Shown one piece after another: positions 19,751-29,249 of a stretch of 64,000 bases of DNA. The position numbers were made by a program, and so were the translations under genes. The notes under the pieces were generated by a model that was given only the letters and a program-made list of their open reading frames with translations, made no database searches and had not been told where the DNA came from. Source of the DNA: a virus; the IMG/VR virus record IMGVR_UViG_3300023174_000090, positions 1 to 64,000 of that record; one strand, 5' to 3'. Numbering within the stretch: position 1 is the first letter of the stretch; each line of letters begins with the position of its first letter.

Positions 19751-20514
19751 CTATTGTTTATATTTTTAAGCTTTGCCGAAATTATTCTAGCTACATTTCT
19801 ATCGCTTCCTGCTCTATTCAGTCCTATTTGTAATAATTTACCACCAGTGCCTGTGCATGTTACGTTTGCGCTTGCGGATGACACGGTGACTCTGCAACCA
19901 TCATATGCATTTGTACACCAATGTTTTTTATTTTTTCCGCTTCCAGAAGTATGGTTACATCCTCTGTGAGGTCTGCGGCAACCGCTGCACGATAACACTA
20001 AGCCGCCGCCTGTTGGTATACACGTTTCTCTATAGCTTCTATTAAAATTAAATGTAAACGAGCCTTGTTGGCTTACATGGAAAAATACATCAACTAACTG
20101 ATTTTTATTGTAATTGGATGTGGGAAAATATATATTCATCCATGAAATTGCTTTATTTTCTATTGTTTGTTGTAAGTTTGGAGTGGTAATGCTTATCATT
20201 TCTGGATAAAATATTGTCCATTTTTTTGTCCACCGAGAACTTAAAGATGAAACTGTTGTTGCCATATCTAACCATTTCGCGCTGAATGTTTGAAAATTTG
20301 ATGACGCTACCATCCATTTAGCACTATTTTCTGAAAAACTAGTATATATTGGATACCAGTTATCTTTAAATGATGATAGATATGCAACAGAAGAATATAG
20401 TTTACTAAAATTAAAATTTATAAGATTCAAACTATTTTTTAAACATAGATTTTGATCTATTAAATAGATATTAGAACATGTAGGATTTATTTTTTTAAAA
20501 CTTATCATAGCCAA
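19735..20514 (-). CDS. Virion protein, paralog family with Cys-rich insert
   Basis: CLKNSLNLINFNFSKL; WTKKWTIFYP; WMNIYFP; Cys/His/Arg-rich segment; LKNINNSW. Confidence 0.6.
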   Translation of the reverse strand: MAMISFKKINPTCSNIYLIDQNLCLKNSLNLINFNFSKLYSSVAYLSSFKDNWYPIYTSFSENSAKWMVASSNFQTFSAKWLDMATTVSSLSSRWTKKWTIFYPEMISITTPNLQQTIENKAISWMNIYFPTSNYNKNQLVDVFFHVSQQGSFTFNFNRSYRETCIPTGGGLVLSCSGCRRPHRGCNHTSGSGKNKKHWCTNAYDGCRVTVSSASANVTCTGTGGKLLQIGLNRAGSDRNVARIISAKLKNINNSWSVI

Positions 20515-23500
20515 TTTATTTTATATAATGAAGATTCTGCGGGTGTTAATTTTTTAATATTATTTTTAATAGACTCCTCTATTAAAAATTTTAAATCATC
20601 TTTTATATTTAGGTTATGTATATTAATATTAAAGTATTTGCTCTTGTTTCCGGGTAATTGATTTTTATACCAATATTGAATTTCTTCTATGTAGTTCCTA
20701 TCACCAACTAAAACATTCCAAGAAAGATCTTCTCTGTTACTCGAAAATTCCGAAGAAAAATATAACTGTTCTGTTTCTCCGATAGTTAGCGATTTTGAAT
20801 ATATTCTTAAATCTGATATACTTCCTATAAATTTATTTGTATTGTCTATTCCTATAATATCATTTAATGTTGTGTTCTTTATAGTAGCAGCACCTAATAA
20901 TAAAGAAGATCTATATTCATAATTCAACTGATATTTTCCAGAATCAAAATATGCCGAATCCACTTCTATGGAATCTATAAAATATTTTGCATAACCTTGT
21001 GTCGAATCAAATGTAAAAGTAAACATGTGCCAACCAATCGGAAGAGATTCCGAGTTATAATTTAAAGAGAACAATTGAGGTGTTTTTCCATTCGGCTCTG
21101 ATATCTTAAATTTCCATGACACATTTTTTATTGCGGCTCCGTATTTTCTTAAAAATTGATATCCAGTAAAATCTCCTTTTGCGTAGAATTTGAAATCGGA
21201 AGTATTTTTATCGAGCAATGCTCTTAGATCTAATTTCGATAATAAATTTCCAACTTCATCTATTAAATACGCTTCATTGTCCCTATTATCTATTAATATT
21301 AATACGTCATTATAAAATGTATTTTTATTACATCTATTATTATCTAATGGAATTCTTATAAAATTTAAAAATCTAAATGTATTCTGTGAAAAGCATAGGT
21401 TTAAAGGAGATCCCGAATTCTTTCCTATTCTGAATGAAAACTCAAAAATTCCCTTTTCGGTATTTAATTTAGATATGCGATCCTGTTCGTGTGATATCCA
21501 AATATTATTTTTAGAATCGCATGATATTTGTTGTACAAATCCTACATTAGCATATACTTGTCTGTTTTTATATAAATTGCCTCCGACTGCCTCCCATATG
21601 TTATTATTTCCATCTATTATGGAAGAGTTTCCATAAATTTCAATAACATTATTATTGCTATCTAATTGTATTCCATTTACACTCGAATCTGTGATTATAT
21701 GTGTGGATTGAATGCTTCCATTCTGATCAATAATAACATATTTTTTAAGACTATTATCATATAGATACATGTTCTGATTGGAATCCATTTCAAGTTGATC
21801 GATTGTATCTAATGATAGATATCCGGACGGTATTGTGTATACTAAATTGTTTATCGAATCGTATTTATGACCTATAATATTATTAGAATCAAATATCCAA
21901 TAGTTATAATCGGGGGTTCTTTGTATGAAAGAGAAGTTAGAATTATAAATTCCATTTAATGGATTTTGAGAAAGTTTGTTAAATTTATAATTAAAATTAT
22001 ACGAAATTGATGATGTTTGATTTACTATTGTTACTAAAGGAGAAGATAAAAATCCTTCATTAATCAAACCAAACCCGCTGTCATAATAGTTTCCAAAAAT
22101 TTGATCACCGGATATATTACCCCAGTCATCTACATTAACCCACATGGAAACTGTAAATTTATTTTTTTGTAGAAGTGATGTTTTTGATGGAAAAACTACA
22201 TGGTTATTACCGTTTAACGTAATATAATTCCCTTTAAAGGTATTATCATCAGAAAAAAATGCCAATCCGTTATTTTTATGTAAAGAATCGTCTAGAATAG
22301 GAGAGGATAGCCAGTTTGTAATTGTTAATACATTAGCACCTTTAGGATCGTTTATATCATAATTCAAATATTTTAAAAACTCTTTACTTCCGTTTATTCC
22401 ATAACGGGAATATGTGTACAATGCTCCCGGTTCCATGTACATTGTAGATGGTGTATCAAATGTTAATGGTTCGTTTGCTGATAATTTTGGGTGATATAAC
22501 AAGCTTTTTGCTGTTAATGCTTCATCGAGTGTATAAAATGCTGAATTGTAATATCTATCCAACCATATTTTATCTCCTAGATTTGTTCCCGAAAGCCAAG
22601 AACATAACCAAGTATTATCAAATTTTGTAATCGACAATGGCTGTGGAGCGTCTGGAATTAGTTCTTCGTAGTTTGTTTTATATAAATATATCCTATCAGA
22701 TGCATACGGCACTTCTCCTGCTACTGCACCGTCTTCTATCAATCCACATGAACTTAATGGAATTCTTGAAGATGTTGCTGGAAAATAAAATTTCGTATCT
22801 TGATCTACTTTAAAATCTATTTTTTTAGTATTTGCATGGAATCCTAAGAATATTTTATCATATCCTTTATTCTGATTCGTTCCTGTGAATATTTTATTAT
22901 ATACTCGTCTTATTGATGGAGAATCTGAAAATTTTGGATTTGAAGTAGAATATTCATATTCCGGAGTTTGATAGTTTTTTAATCCATGAATTTGAAAATC
23001 ATAAGCACAATCACTTTCATTCACAGTGGGATTTTCTACAGGATACATTCCCAAGTAATTTTGAGAGCATAGATTTTCATCAGAAAACTCTTTGTTTATT
23101 TCTAATTTATTTTCCGAGTATATTGGATTTGTTTTGTATTTCACTAAAAAACTATTAGAAACGCTATCCAAAAATTCCTCATCATTATATCTATACGAAC
23201 CTAATTTAAAAAATGAGTTTAATGGTAAATTTTGATTTTCAGTTAATGATATAGAACTTAACATTAAAATGTTTGAACTGTTTATTAATGCTATTTTATT
23301 ATATAAATTATCATATTTAAATATGTATATATTGTTGCGTTCTAGTATATAATTAAATTTTTGATTGTTTATATATGGCAATATTTGTTTACTAAAAATT
23401 AGTTTATCACTTGAAATTGTTAATACATTTCCTATTTTATTTTTTATTATTATAAAATCATCTTCAAAGAATAACGTTAATACATCAGAAGAATCTGCCG

Positions 23501-23873
23501 ATACTCTATCACTTTTTATTAAAATATTCGGATTATTTGGAATTGCAGAATTTGCATTAAATATTGATAGATAATACCCATCTAAAGTTTTTATGGGAGA
23601 TTCTATTTTTTCTAATTTTTCTACATCTTTGGGGTTTTCTTTATTAGTTACAAAATATGAATTATAAAACATGGAAGTAAGAAATGTTCCAGTTTTTTTA
23701 TTAAATGTAAAATCTGTAGAATTTTTTAAAAAATTATGCAAATAAAAAAACATTCCATTATTACATAATATGGATTGTTTTTTTGTAGAAAATTGATCTC
23801 CTATGATATTAAAATCTATAGGCTTCCAATATGTAGAACATAAATTATTAAATATACTAAACGTTGATGCCAT
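20505..23873 (-). CDS. Large virion protein with LamG (ConA-like) domain and inserted beta-propeller
   Basis: LNGNNHV...FTVSMWVNVDDW (LamG start); GWHMFTFTFD...YFID...FIGSISDLRIYSKSL...ETEQLY (LamG end); D.NNN.W blades between them. Confidence 0.7.
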   Translation of the reverse strand: MASTFSIFNNLCSTYWKPIDFNIIGDQFSTKKQSILCNNGMFFYLHNFLKNSTDFTFNKKTGTFLTSMFYNSYFVTNKENPKDVEKLEKIESPIKTLDGYYLSIFNANSAIPNNPNILIKSDRVSADSSDVLTLFFEDDFIIIKNKIGNVLTISSDKLIFSKQILPYINNQKFNYILERNNIYIFKYDNLYNKIALINSSNILMLSSISLTENQNLPLNSFFKLGSYRYNDEEFLDSVSNSFLVKYKTNPIYSENKLEINKEFSDENLCSQNYLGMYPVENPTVNESDCAYDFQIHGLKNYQTPEYEYSTSNPKFSDSPSIRRVYNKIFTGTNQNKGYDKIFLGFHANTKKIDFKVDQDTKFYFPATSSRIPLSSCGLIEDGAVAGEVPYASDRIYLYKTNYEELIPDAPQPLSITKFDNTWLCSWLSGTNLGDKIWLDRYYNSAFYTLDEALTAKSLLYHPKLSANEPLTFDTPSTMYMEPGALYTYSRYGINGSKEFLKYLNYDINDPKGANVLTITNWLSSPILDDSLHKNNGLAFFSDDNTFKGNYITLNGNNHVVFPSKTSLLQKNKFTVSMWVNVDDWGNISGDQIFGNYYDSGFGLINEGFLSSPLVTIVNQTSSISYNFNYKFNKLSQNPLNGIYNSNFSFIQRTPDYNYWIFDSNNIIGHKYDSINNLVYTIPSGYLSLDTIDQLEMDSNQNMYLYDNSLKKYVIIDQNGSIQSTHIITDSSVNGIQLDSNNNVIEIYGNSSIIDGNNNIWEAVGGNLYKNRQVYANVGFVQQISCDSKNNIWISHEQDRISKLNTEKGIFEFSFRIGKNSGSPLNLCFSQNTFRFLNFIRIPLDNNRCNKNTFYNDVLILIDNRDNEAYLIDEVGNLLSKLDLRALLDKNTSDFKFYAKGDFTGYQFLRKYGAAIKNVSWKFKISEPNGKTPQLFSLNYNSESLPIGWHMFTFTFDSTQGYAKYFIDSIEVDSAYFDSGKYQLNYEYRSSLLLGAATIKNTTLNDIIGIDNTNKFIGSISDLRIYSKSLTIGETEQLYFSSEFSSNREDLSWNVLVGDRNYIEEIQYWYKNQLPGNKSKYFNINIHNLNIKDDLKFLIEESIKNNIKKLTPAESSLYKINWL

Positions 23874-23903
23874 TTATTATATTTAGATAAAAAAATAAAA
23901 TTA

Positions 23904-24410
23904 CTACACTATTTCAACTTTAATTCCAGATATACAAGGTTTTTGAGTTTGAACAAATCCCCTCCAAGAACTTACGGAATAGCTGTAGCTATCTCTAGAG
24001 AGTTGTCCATATCCAGCTTCGTTTTGAATTAAAATATCAAAATATGTGGTATATCCAATTGATTTTGTTTGTAAATGATATATAAGAGCGTCTGGAATAT
24101 CTAATACCATAAATTTCTCATCGGGAACATCGAATTGTGATATTAAAGATGCGTCAAATGACGGATTTAACGCAGAAAGATTTTTAATTGCTGAAAATGG
24201 ATTATAATACGAAAAATTTAAATTCTGTAAAATACTTGTATCTGAACTGCTTAAAAAAACATTTTGTATTTGATAAAAACTTTTACCAGTTATTACGATT
24301 TGTTTTTCCTGTTTTGCTGATAATATGGGATTTACTATATACAGATTGTAAGGGAATACATCGGTAGCACTTGGTTTTGCGTATACAATAATTCTTGAAT
24401 CGTAGCTCAT
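23904..24410 (-). CDS. Hypothetical virion protein (Ig/IPT-like)
   Basis: IVITGKSF...DILIQNEAGY pattern; sits in the structural operon downstream of gp15. Confidence 0.5.
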   Translation of the reverse strand: MSYDSRIIVYAKPSATDVFPYNLYIVNPILSAKQEKQIVITGKSFYQIQNVFLSSSDTSILQNLNFSYYNPFSAIKNLSALNPSFDASLISQFDVPDEKFMVLDIPDALIYHLQTKSIGYTTYFDILIQNEAGYGQLSRDSYSYSVSSWRGFVQTQKPCISGIKVEIV

Positions 24411-25105
24411 AATTCTGGTAAATTAAAAAAATCACCTTTCGGGTTATTTGTTATGAAAAACTTTTCATCAATTGTATATATTTTTTTCACAATTTCGTCT
24501 GTTTTTTTAAACAACCAACCTTTAATTGTGAAACTGGTGTCACATGTTATCCTAAAATTTTGAGTACCACCTATATCTGAAATAGGATAAGAAGTTGTAA
24601 TATTTCCACTCCACAATACTTCTGTTCTTATTTCATAATTGTTTGCAAATGGTAATTTCCATGAAATTATTATATAGGGATCACAATATGGCGCAAAATT
24701 TGATATTATTTGATCCATATCGCTTTGAAATTTAGTAATAATACTCATATTAACACCTATGTTTATAGGAACGGGTTGAGGTATTGGTTTTACAAAATTA
24801 TTTGTTTCTGTGTTGAATTTATTTACAATAAATCCATCTATTTTATTAGAAACCCTATTCTGATCTCTGGTTATACCGTTTAAACTAACGGCTACTACAG
24901 GAACCGATATTCCTCCGGGAGCAGGATTTTCTAATGATGCGTACACTCTCTGCTTTGGCGCATATACATAATTTACAGGATATCCACTTAAGGATCCTCC
25001 AACAGTTTTATCATTATTATATTTTAATACTATAATATCATTAAAAGCTGCAACAAATTGCTCCATTAATGTTTGTATTTCAAAATGGAATGTATAATTC
25101 TTCAC
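24407..25105 (-). CDS. gp15: Tail terminator / sheath stabiliser, T4 gp15-like
   Basis: FVAAFNDI.V, PV.Y.YAPKQR, PQPVPINIGVNMSIITKFQSDMDQIISNFAPY.DP, FTIKGWLF; GTG start behind TAAATA. Confidence 0.85.
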   Translation of the reverse strand: MKNYTFHFEIQTLMEQFVAAFNDIIVLKYNNDKTVGGSLSGYPVNYVYAPKQRVYASLENPAPGGISVPVVAVSLNGITRDQNRVSNKIDGFIVNKFNTETNNFVKPIPQPVPINIGVNMSIITKFQSDMDQIISNFAPYCDPYIIISWKLPFANNYEIRTEVLWSGNITTSYPISDIGGTQNFRITCDTSFTIKGWLFKKTDEIVKKIYTIDEKFFITNNPKGDFFNLPEL

Positions 25106-25118
25106 TAATAATATTTAG

Positions 25119-26792
25119 TCAAAAAATACGATCTAAAAAACATTTAGGTAGAATATTTTTATTTCTAATAATAGAATTTACCGCATTTCCATCTAAAATA
25201 TATGTTACGGAAAAATCTTCTTTTGATCTTGTACATCTACCGGACATCTGTACTAAAGTGTTTAGCATCTTCATCATATAATATTCCTTATTGATTTCAT
25301 ATATGTGTTTAATTCTCTTGGAATTTAATGGAAGAAATGGGGCTTTTACTATAACTTGAAACCTACCCAAATCACCGTCCAAGCTTATTCCAGTATCCAT
25401 CGATGGGCTTACTATAATACTATCATCCAATCGCTCACAATGTTCCTTTATTACGGATTCATTGTTATATCCAATATCTCTGAAGATAAATCTATCATTT
25501 TTACCAACCATGCGTTTCAACTCCTGTGTAATTGCATTGGTATGCGTGTGTATGATTCCCTTTTCGCCCTTATGTTGTTCACATAGATATAATGTAGCTC
25601 CTAGAATATTAGGCAAATCCTTATTCTTATTTTTGTAAGAAAGGCTGTATTTTTGAGAAGTTTTTATTGGGGATTTTTGTGGATTGAATGCCGAAGGTAC
25701 TTCGATGTATTCATATTCGCCCTCGGATATTCCTAATGTTTTTGCGAATTGATAATGATTCGTGATTGTTGCAGACATCATTAAAACCATATCGGCTCCC
25801 CTAAACAACTTTCTTGCAATAGGCTTGATATCTAGTGGGACTAAAGTAACTCCATCGGAATCCTTACTTTCTACTATGTAATTGCAGTCTGTAAATACTT
25901 GCAATATTTCTGATATGGAATTATATATTAAATTTATCTTGGAAAGATTTTGTGTATCTCGTTTAAAAATAGCAGTATTTTCGGAAGAATCCTTACTTTG
26001 CTTGGATAACCTAGATTTTAATTTTTCTATTTCACTCTCGATTTTTATAAAAATACCATTCAACCACAATAAAACATCTTGAGATTTTTCGGTTTTTAAT
26101 TTTTGAACTTCGATATTATATGAAAGTAAATTTGAGTAACTTATATTCAAAGTGTATTGCGATACAATTTCATCTTCAATATCAGAAGCTTCATCACAAA
26201 TATAAATTTCTCTTTTTCTCAGAAATTCCGGAAGATTCATAAAAACTCGATAATTTAAAATTGGATCCTTTGAAAGTAATGCTTCTTTTCTTGCTTTGTA
26301 ATAAGGACATCTATCCATAGCAAAGCAAGACTCTTTAAGGTTTGGCGTATACAAACAAGGGGCAAAATCTACTGGTATATTCGGATCGATATCACAACTG
26401 TAATTAGATTTCCCCTTTAAAACTGAAATATCCGAGAAAAGAGATTTATATTGTTCCTGAAGGGATTTTGTTACAGTAAGAATAACAGAGCCGAATGATT
26501 CTTCATTGAGAAAGGCATCTTGATATTCATATCCGTTTCCGGATTTGTCTTTTTTATAAATACTATAATTATCTATCAAATTTTTCCGATAAGAATCTAT
26601 TTCTTCGGAAGAATTTCCTACGGATGATGCTATATGAGATTTGCCAGATCCGGTGGGCAAAGATGCTATTACAAATTTTTTACCACTTTTAAAGGCATTT
26701 TCAATTTTTTTTAGAGCTACTTTTTGGGATTCTCTAGGAGAGGAGTCTTTCGGAAAAAAACTTAGATAACTGGATTCAATTATTGTTTGCAT
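25119..26792 (-). CDS. DinG/Rad3-like SF2 helicase
   Basis: Q-motif PRESQ, LPTGSGKS, four Cys of an Fe-S-type region, ICDEA, MSAT, SPSMDTGISL, LVQMSGRCTRSKED. Confidence 0.85.
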   Translation of the reverse strand: MQTIIESSYLSFFPKDSSPRESQKVALKKIENAFKSGKKFVIASLPTGSGKSHIASSVGNSSEEIDSYRKNLIDNYSIYKKDKSGNGYEYQDAFLNEESFGSVILTVTKSLQEQYKSLFSDISVLKGKSNYSCDIDPNIPVDFAPCLYTPNLKESCFAMDRCPYYKARKEALLSKDPILNYRVFMNLPEFLRKREIYICDEASDIEDEIVSQYTLNISYSNLLSYNIEVQKLKTEKSQDVLLWLNGIFIKIESEIEKLKSRLSKQSKDSSENTAIFKRDTQNLSKINLIYNSISEILQVFTDCNYIVESKDSDGVTLVPLDIKPIARKLFRGADMVLMMSATITNHYQFAKTLGISEGEYEYIEVPSAFNPQKSPIKTSQKYSLSYKNKNKDLPNILGATLYLCEQHKGEKGIIHTHTNAITQELKRMVGKNDRFIFRDIGYNNESVIKEHCERLDDSIIVSPSMDTGISLDGDLGRFQVIVKAPFLPLNSKRIKHIYEINKEYYMMKMLNTLVQMSGRCTRSKEDFSVTYILDGNAVNSIIRNKNILPKCFLDRIF

Positions 26793-27024
26793 TGTTATTG
26801 GTCAGCACTAAATCTACAGATTTTCTGACACAATTGCAAGGATTAAATACCAATGTTTCTACATTTCTTCCAACATGACCTCTTTTATAGCATTTTGAAC
26901 ATGCTTTAAACTCTTGTTTGAGAATTATTTGTCCATTATTCAATATAGGTACATCTTTTTCCAAAATTTCGTAAAAAGTTCCGGAAAACACACTAAATAT
27001 TTTTTTTGTATTATTATTTTGCAT
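26776..27024 (-). CDS. Small Cys-containing hypothetical protein
   Basis: 82 aa, CSKCYKRG...PCNC; overlaps its neighbours in an operon. Confidence 0.55.
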   Translation of the reverse strand: MQNNNTKKIFSVFSGTFYEILEKDVPILNNGQIILKQEFKACSKCYKRGHVGRNVETLVFNPCNCVRKSVDLVLTNNNANNN

Positions 27025-27367
27025 CTATTGTTAGAATTTTATTCCAAAATTTATTGGAATTGTTTTTATTTGAATAAATTTTTAATAAGGGTTCTGTTTC
27101 GGGGGAATGTTTTGTAAGGGTTTTAATTCTATAATCAAAATATACCAAACAGTCATCCTCATGAATTTCTACATCAAATGGAATGGGTATTTCTATTTTT
27201 TCTTTATTCTTTTTTACTGTATCTATTATAAGTGTAATGTGAAAGTTTTTTTGATAAAAAAGTATTAACTTTCCCCGTTTGAACGATTTTTCAGAAAGCT
27301 CGAGTGATATTTGTTTTTGTAAAAGAAACATACACGCTTCTTCGAGTTTTGTTTTGTGAATATTCAT
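27014..27367 (-). CDS. Hypothetical protein
   Basis: 117-aa ORF, translationally coupled in the minus-strand operon. Confidence 0.6.
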   Translation of the reverse strand: MNIHKTKLEEACMFLLQKQISLELSEKSFKRGKLILFYQKNFHITLIIDTVKKNKEKIEIPIPFDVEIHEDDCLVYFDYRIKTLTKHSPETEPLLKIYSNKNNSNKFWNKILTIDAK

Positions 27368-27747
27368 TTTTGCATAAATGTAGCTTTTTGAGCCGCTGTC
27401 ATTTTTCCTAATACTTTATCGAAGTATTCCCAAAATTTTTCTTGAGGTTTAGTGGGGATAGCTGAAACGACAACTGTAGATTCAACTGGTATATTTCTCC
27501 AATCTTGAAATAATAAATCCCAAACCGTCAATAAACCCTTAGATTCCGCATCGTATTGTGGAATTTTTGTTGGTGGTTTGAAATTTAAAATCTCTTTTCC
27601 CATAACAGAGTTCAATAATTCAGCATCTAGGGTAGCCAACATTCTTCTTGATCTTGGTATTCCAACCAATCGAAGTCTTCGGTTGAATTTTAATTCAACC
27701 AGATTAGAATTGCATAGTTGTTTTAATCCCCCTAGAGATAATTTCAT
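27364..27747 (-). CDS. SH3-fold/WYL-like phage protein (DUF2693-like)
   Basis: LKQLC..NLVELKF.R...RRMLATL...VWDL..QDWRNI; second ATG chosen because it overlaps the upstream stop. Confidence 0.55.
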   Translation of the reverse strand: MKLSLGGLKQLCNSNLVELKFNRRLRLVGIPRSRRMLATLDAELLNSVMGKEILNFKPPTKIPQYDAESKGLLTVWDLLFQDWRNIPVESTVVVSAIPTKPQEKFWEYFDKVLGKMTAAQKATFMQK

Positions 27748-28130
27748 TCGGATGTATTTGATTCGCAAATACCAAATATTCTCGCTTCATTTAAGAACAC
27801 TATATGTTTCAATCCATTTAAATTAGAAACTTGTATTCCTCGGTCGTTTGGGAAAACAATGTTATCCCCTTCTTTAACGGTTCGGCAGTTGGGTCCAGCT
27901 AGTAAAACCTTGCCAACTCTCCATACATGGTTTACGGCGTTTATAGGAACCCACATGCTTCCTCGTTTTACTAAGTCTCCATCCTCATTTATATCTGAAA
28001 ATTGAACCATGAGAATATCATCTAAAACTTTAGTTAGTTTCCATCCATCGAGTTCAAATTGACTGCCTTTGTAGTTATCAATCTGTACTAATCCACCAAT
28101 TAGGTCTTCTTGTTCGGGTCTTTGTATCAT
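27744..28130 (-). CDS. groES: GroES/Cpn10-like co-chaperonin (gp31-like)
   Basis: KVLDDILMV...RGSMWVP...GKVLLAGP....VKEGDNIVF...FLNEARIFGI. Confidence 0.8.
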   Translation of the reverse strand: MIQRPEQEDLIGGLVQIDNYKGSQFELDGWKLTKVLDDILMVQFSDINEDGDLVKRGSMWVPINAVNHVWRVGKVLLAGPNCRTVKEGDNIVFPNDRGIQVSNLNGLKHIVFLNEARIFGICESNTSE

Positions 28131-28139
28131 AATTTATTT

Positions 28140-28556
28140 TTATTTATTAATGTAATTAAAATCTGCAAGTAGTTTTTTATATTCCAAGATTTCTCTATTA
28201 GAAATTTCTAAATGTATATGCATATTATCATCAGTATGTAATACGTCATCTATATTATTAAAGTTTTCATTTTTAGGGGCAACGTTTTTTTGTTTTTGAA
28301 TGTATTTAATATTTCTAGTGTTTTGAGGTATTATCTTTTTCAATAATCTCAAATTATCATACTTCAGAGAACATAATCCTTTTTTTGTTAGCCACCTATT
28401 TGTTGTTAGGTTGAGTATATTTGCAGATATACCATCAACCATGGAAACCCACCTATTAATAATAAATTGAGAAGGAAGATCAGGCTCCTCAATTTCTAAT
28501 ACACCTTTCTTTTTAAGAACAAAGTCTAAATTTTTAAAAAAATTATCGGATTGCAT
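28140..28556 (-). CDS. gp62: Clamp loader small subunit, T4 gp62-like
   Basis: FKNLDFVLKKK...SQFIINRWVSM...YD.L...KYIQK...EISNREILEY resembles gp62. Confidence 0.6.
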   Translation of the reverse strand: MQSDNFFKNLDFVLKKKGVLEIEEPDLPSQFIINRWVSMVDGISANILNLTTNRWLTKKGLCSLKYDNLRLLKKIIPQNTRNIKYIQKQKNVAPKNENFNNIDDVLHTDDNMHIHLEISNREILEYKKLLADFNYINK

Positions 28557-29217
28557 ATTTTTGCTTGAATTTTATAGAACTGTTAAACCATTCAGGAGAA
28601 TTCATACTATTTCCTAATCCGAAATGTGTCACTTTAATGGGATAAACTCCTATTTTAAGTTTATTTTGATTGGCAGTCAAGCAAAAAGAAATATCATAAT
28701 GATGGAATTCAAAATCCTCATCAAATTTTGTATTTGTTTCTAAAAGACGATTTACATTAACTCCTATAAATAAACCATCGATCAATAATGCTCTTGATGG
28801 CGTTTTTCCAAATGGTGTTGTCCAAAATAATTTATCATGTGAATGACAAACCTCCCCTACAAAATTATTTCTAGGAGACATTAAGTGCCAAGCGGACATT
28901 TCACTGTTAACATCGCAAGATTTTGTTCCCGCAAGTCCTACGATATCATATTTTTCAAATGCGGAGCACAATTTCTCTTTAAAAAACAAATCTTCTATTA
29001 TCACATCATCATGTACAAATACTAAAAATGTATCCTTATTACTTTCGCTTATGAATTGATTATAAATTTTCGGAAGTCCTTGTTTATTTTCATAAACAAT
29101 ATGCGAATCTGAAAATTTTAATAACTTATCAAGGGTTAAACATATTTTTGATTTTTCTTTAAATTCTTTTTCGTTATATGGAGTTGCAATTACAAATTTG
29201 TATTTAAAATTATTCAT
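28543..29217 (-). CDS. GT-A glycosyltransferase (Glyco_tranf_2_5-like)
   Basis: GLPKIYN...VFVHDDV, IVGLAG, LIDGLFIGV, FDEDFEFHHYDISFCL. Confidence 0.8.
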   Translation of the reverse strand: MNNFKYKFVIATPYNEKEFKEKSKICLTLDKLLKFSDSHIVYENKQGLPKIYNQFISESNKDTFLVFVHDDVIIEDLFFKEKLCSAFEKYDIVGLAGTKSCDVNSEMSAWHLMSPRNNFVGEVCHSHDKLFWTTPFGKTPSRALLIDGLFIGVNVNRLLETNTKFDEDFEFHHYDISFCLTANQNKLKIGVYPIKVTHFGLGNSMNSPEWFNSSIKFKQKYAIR

Positions 29218-29249
29218 GTTGTAGTAAATATAAATATTATAGCAATAAA

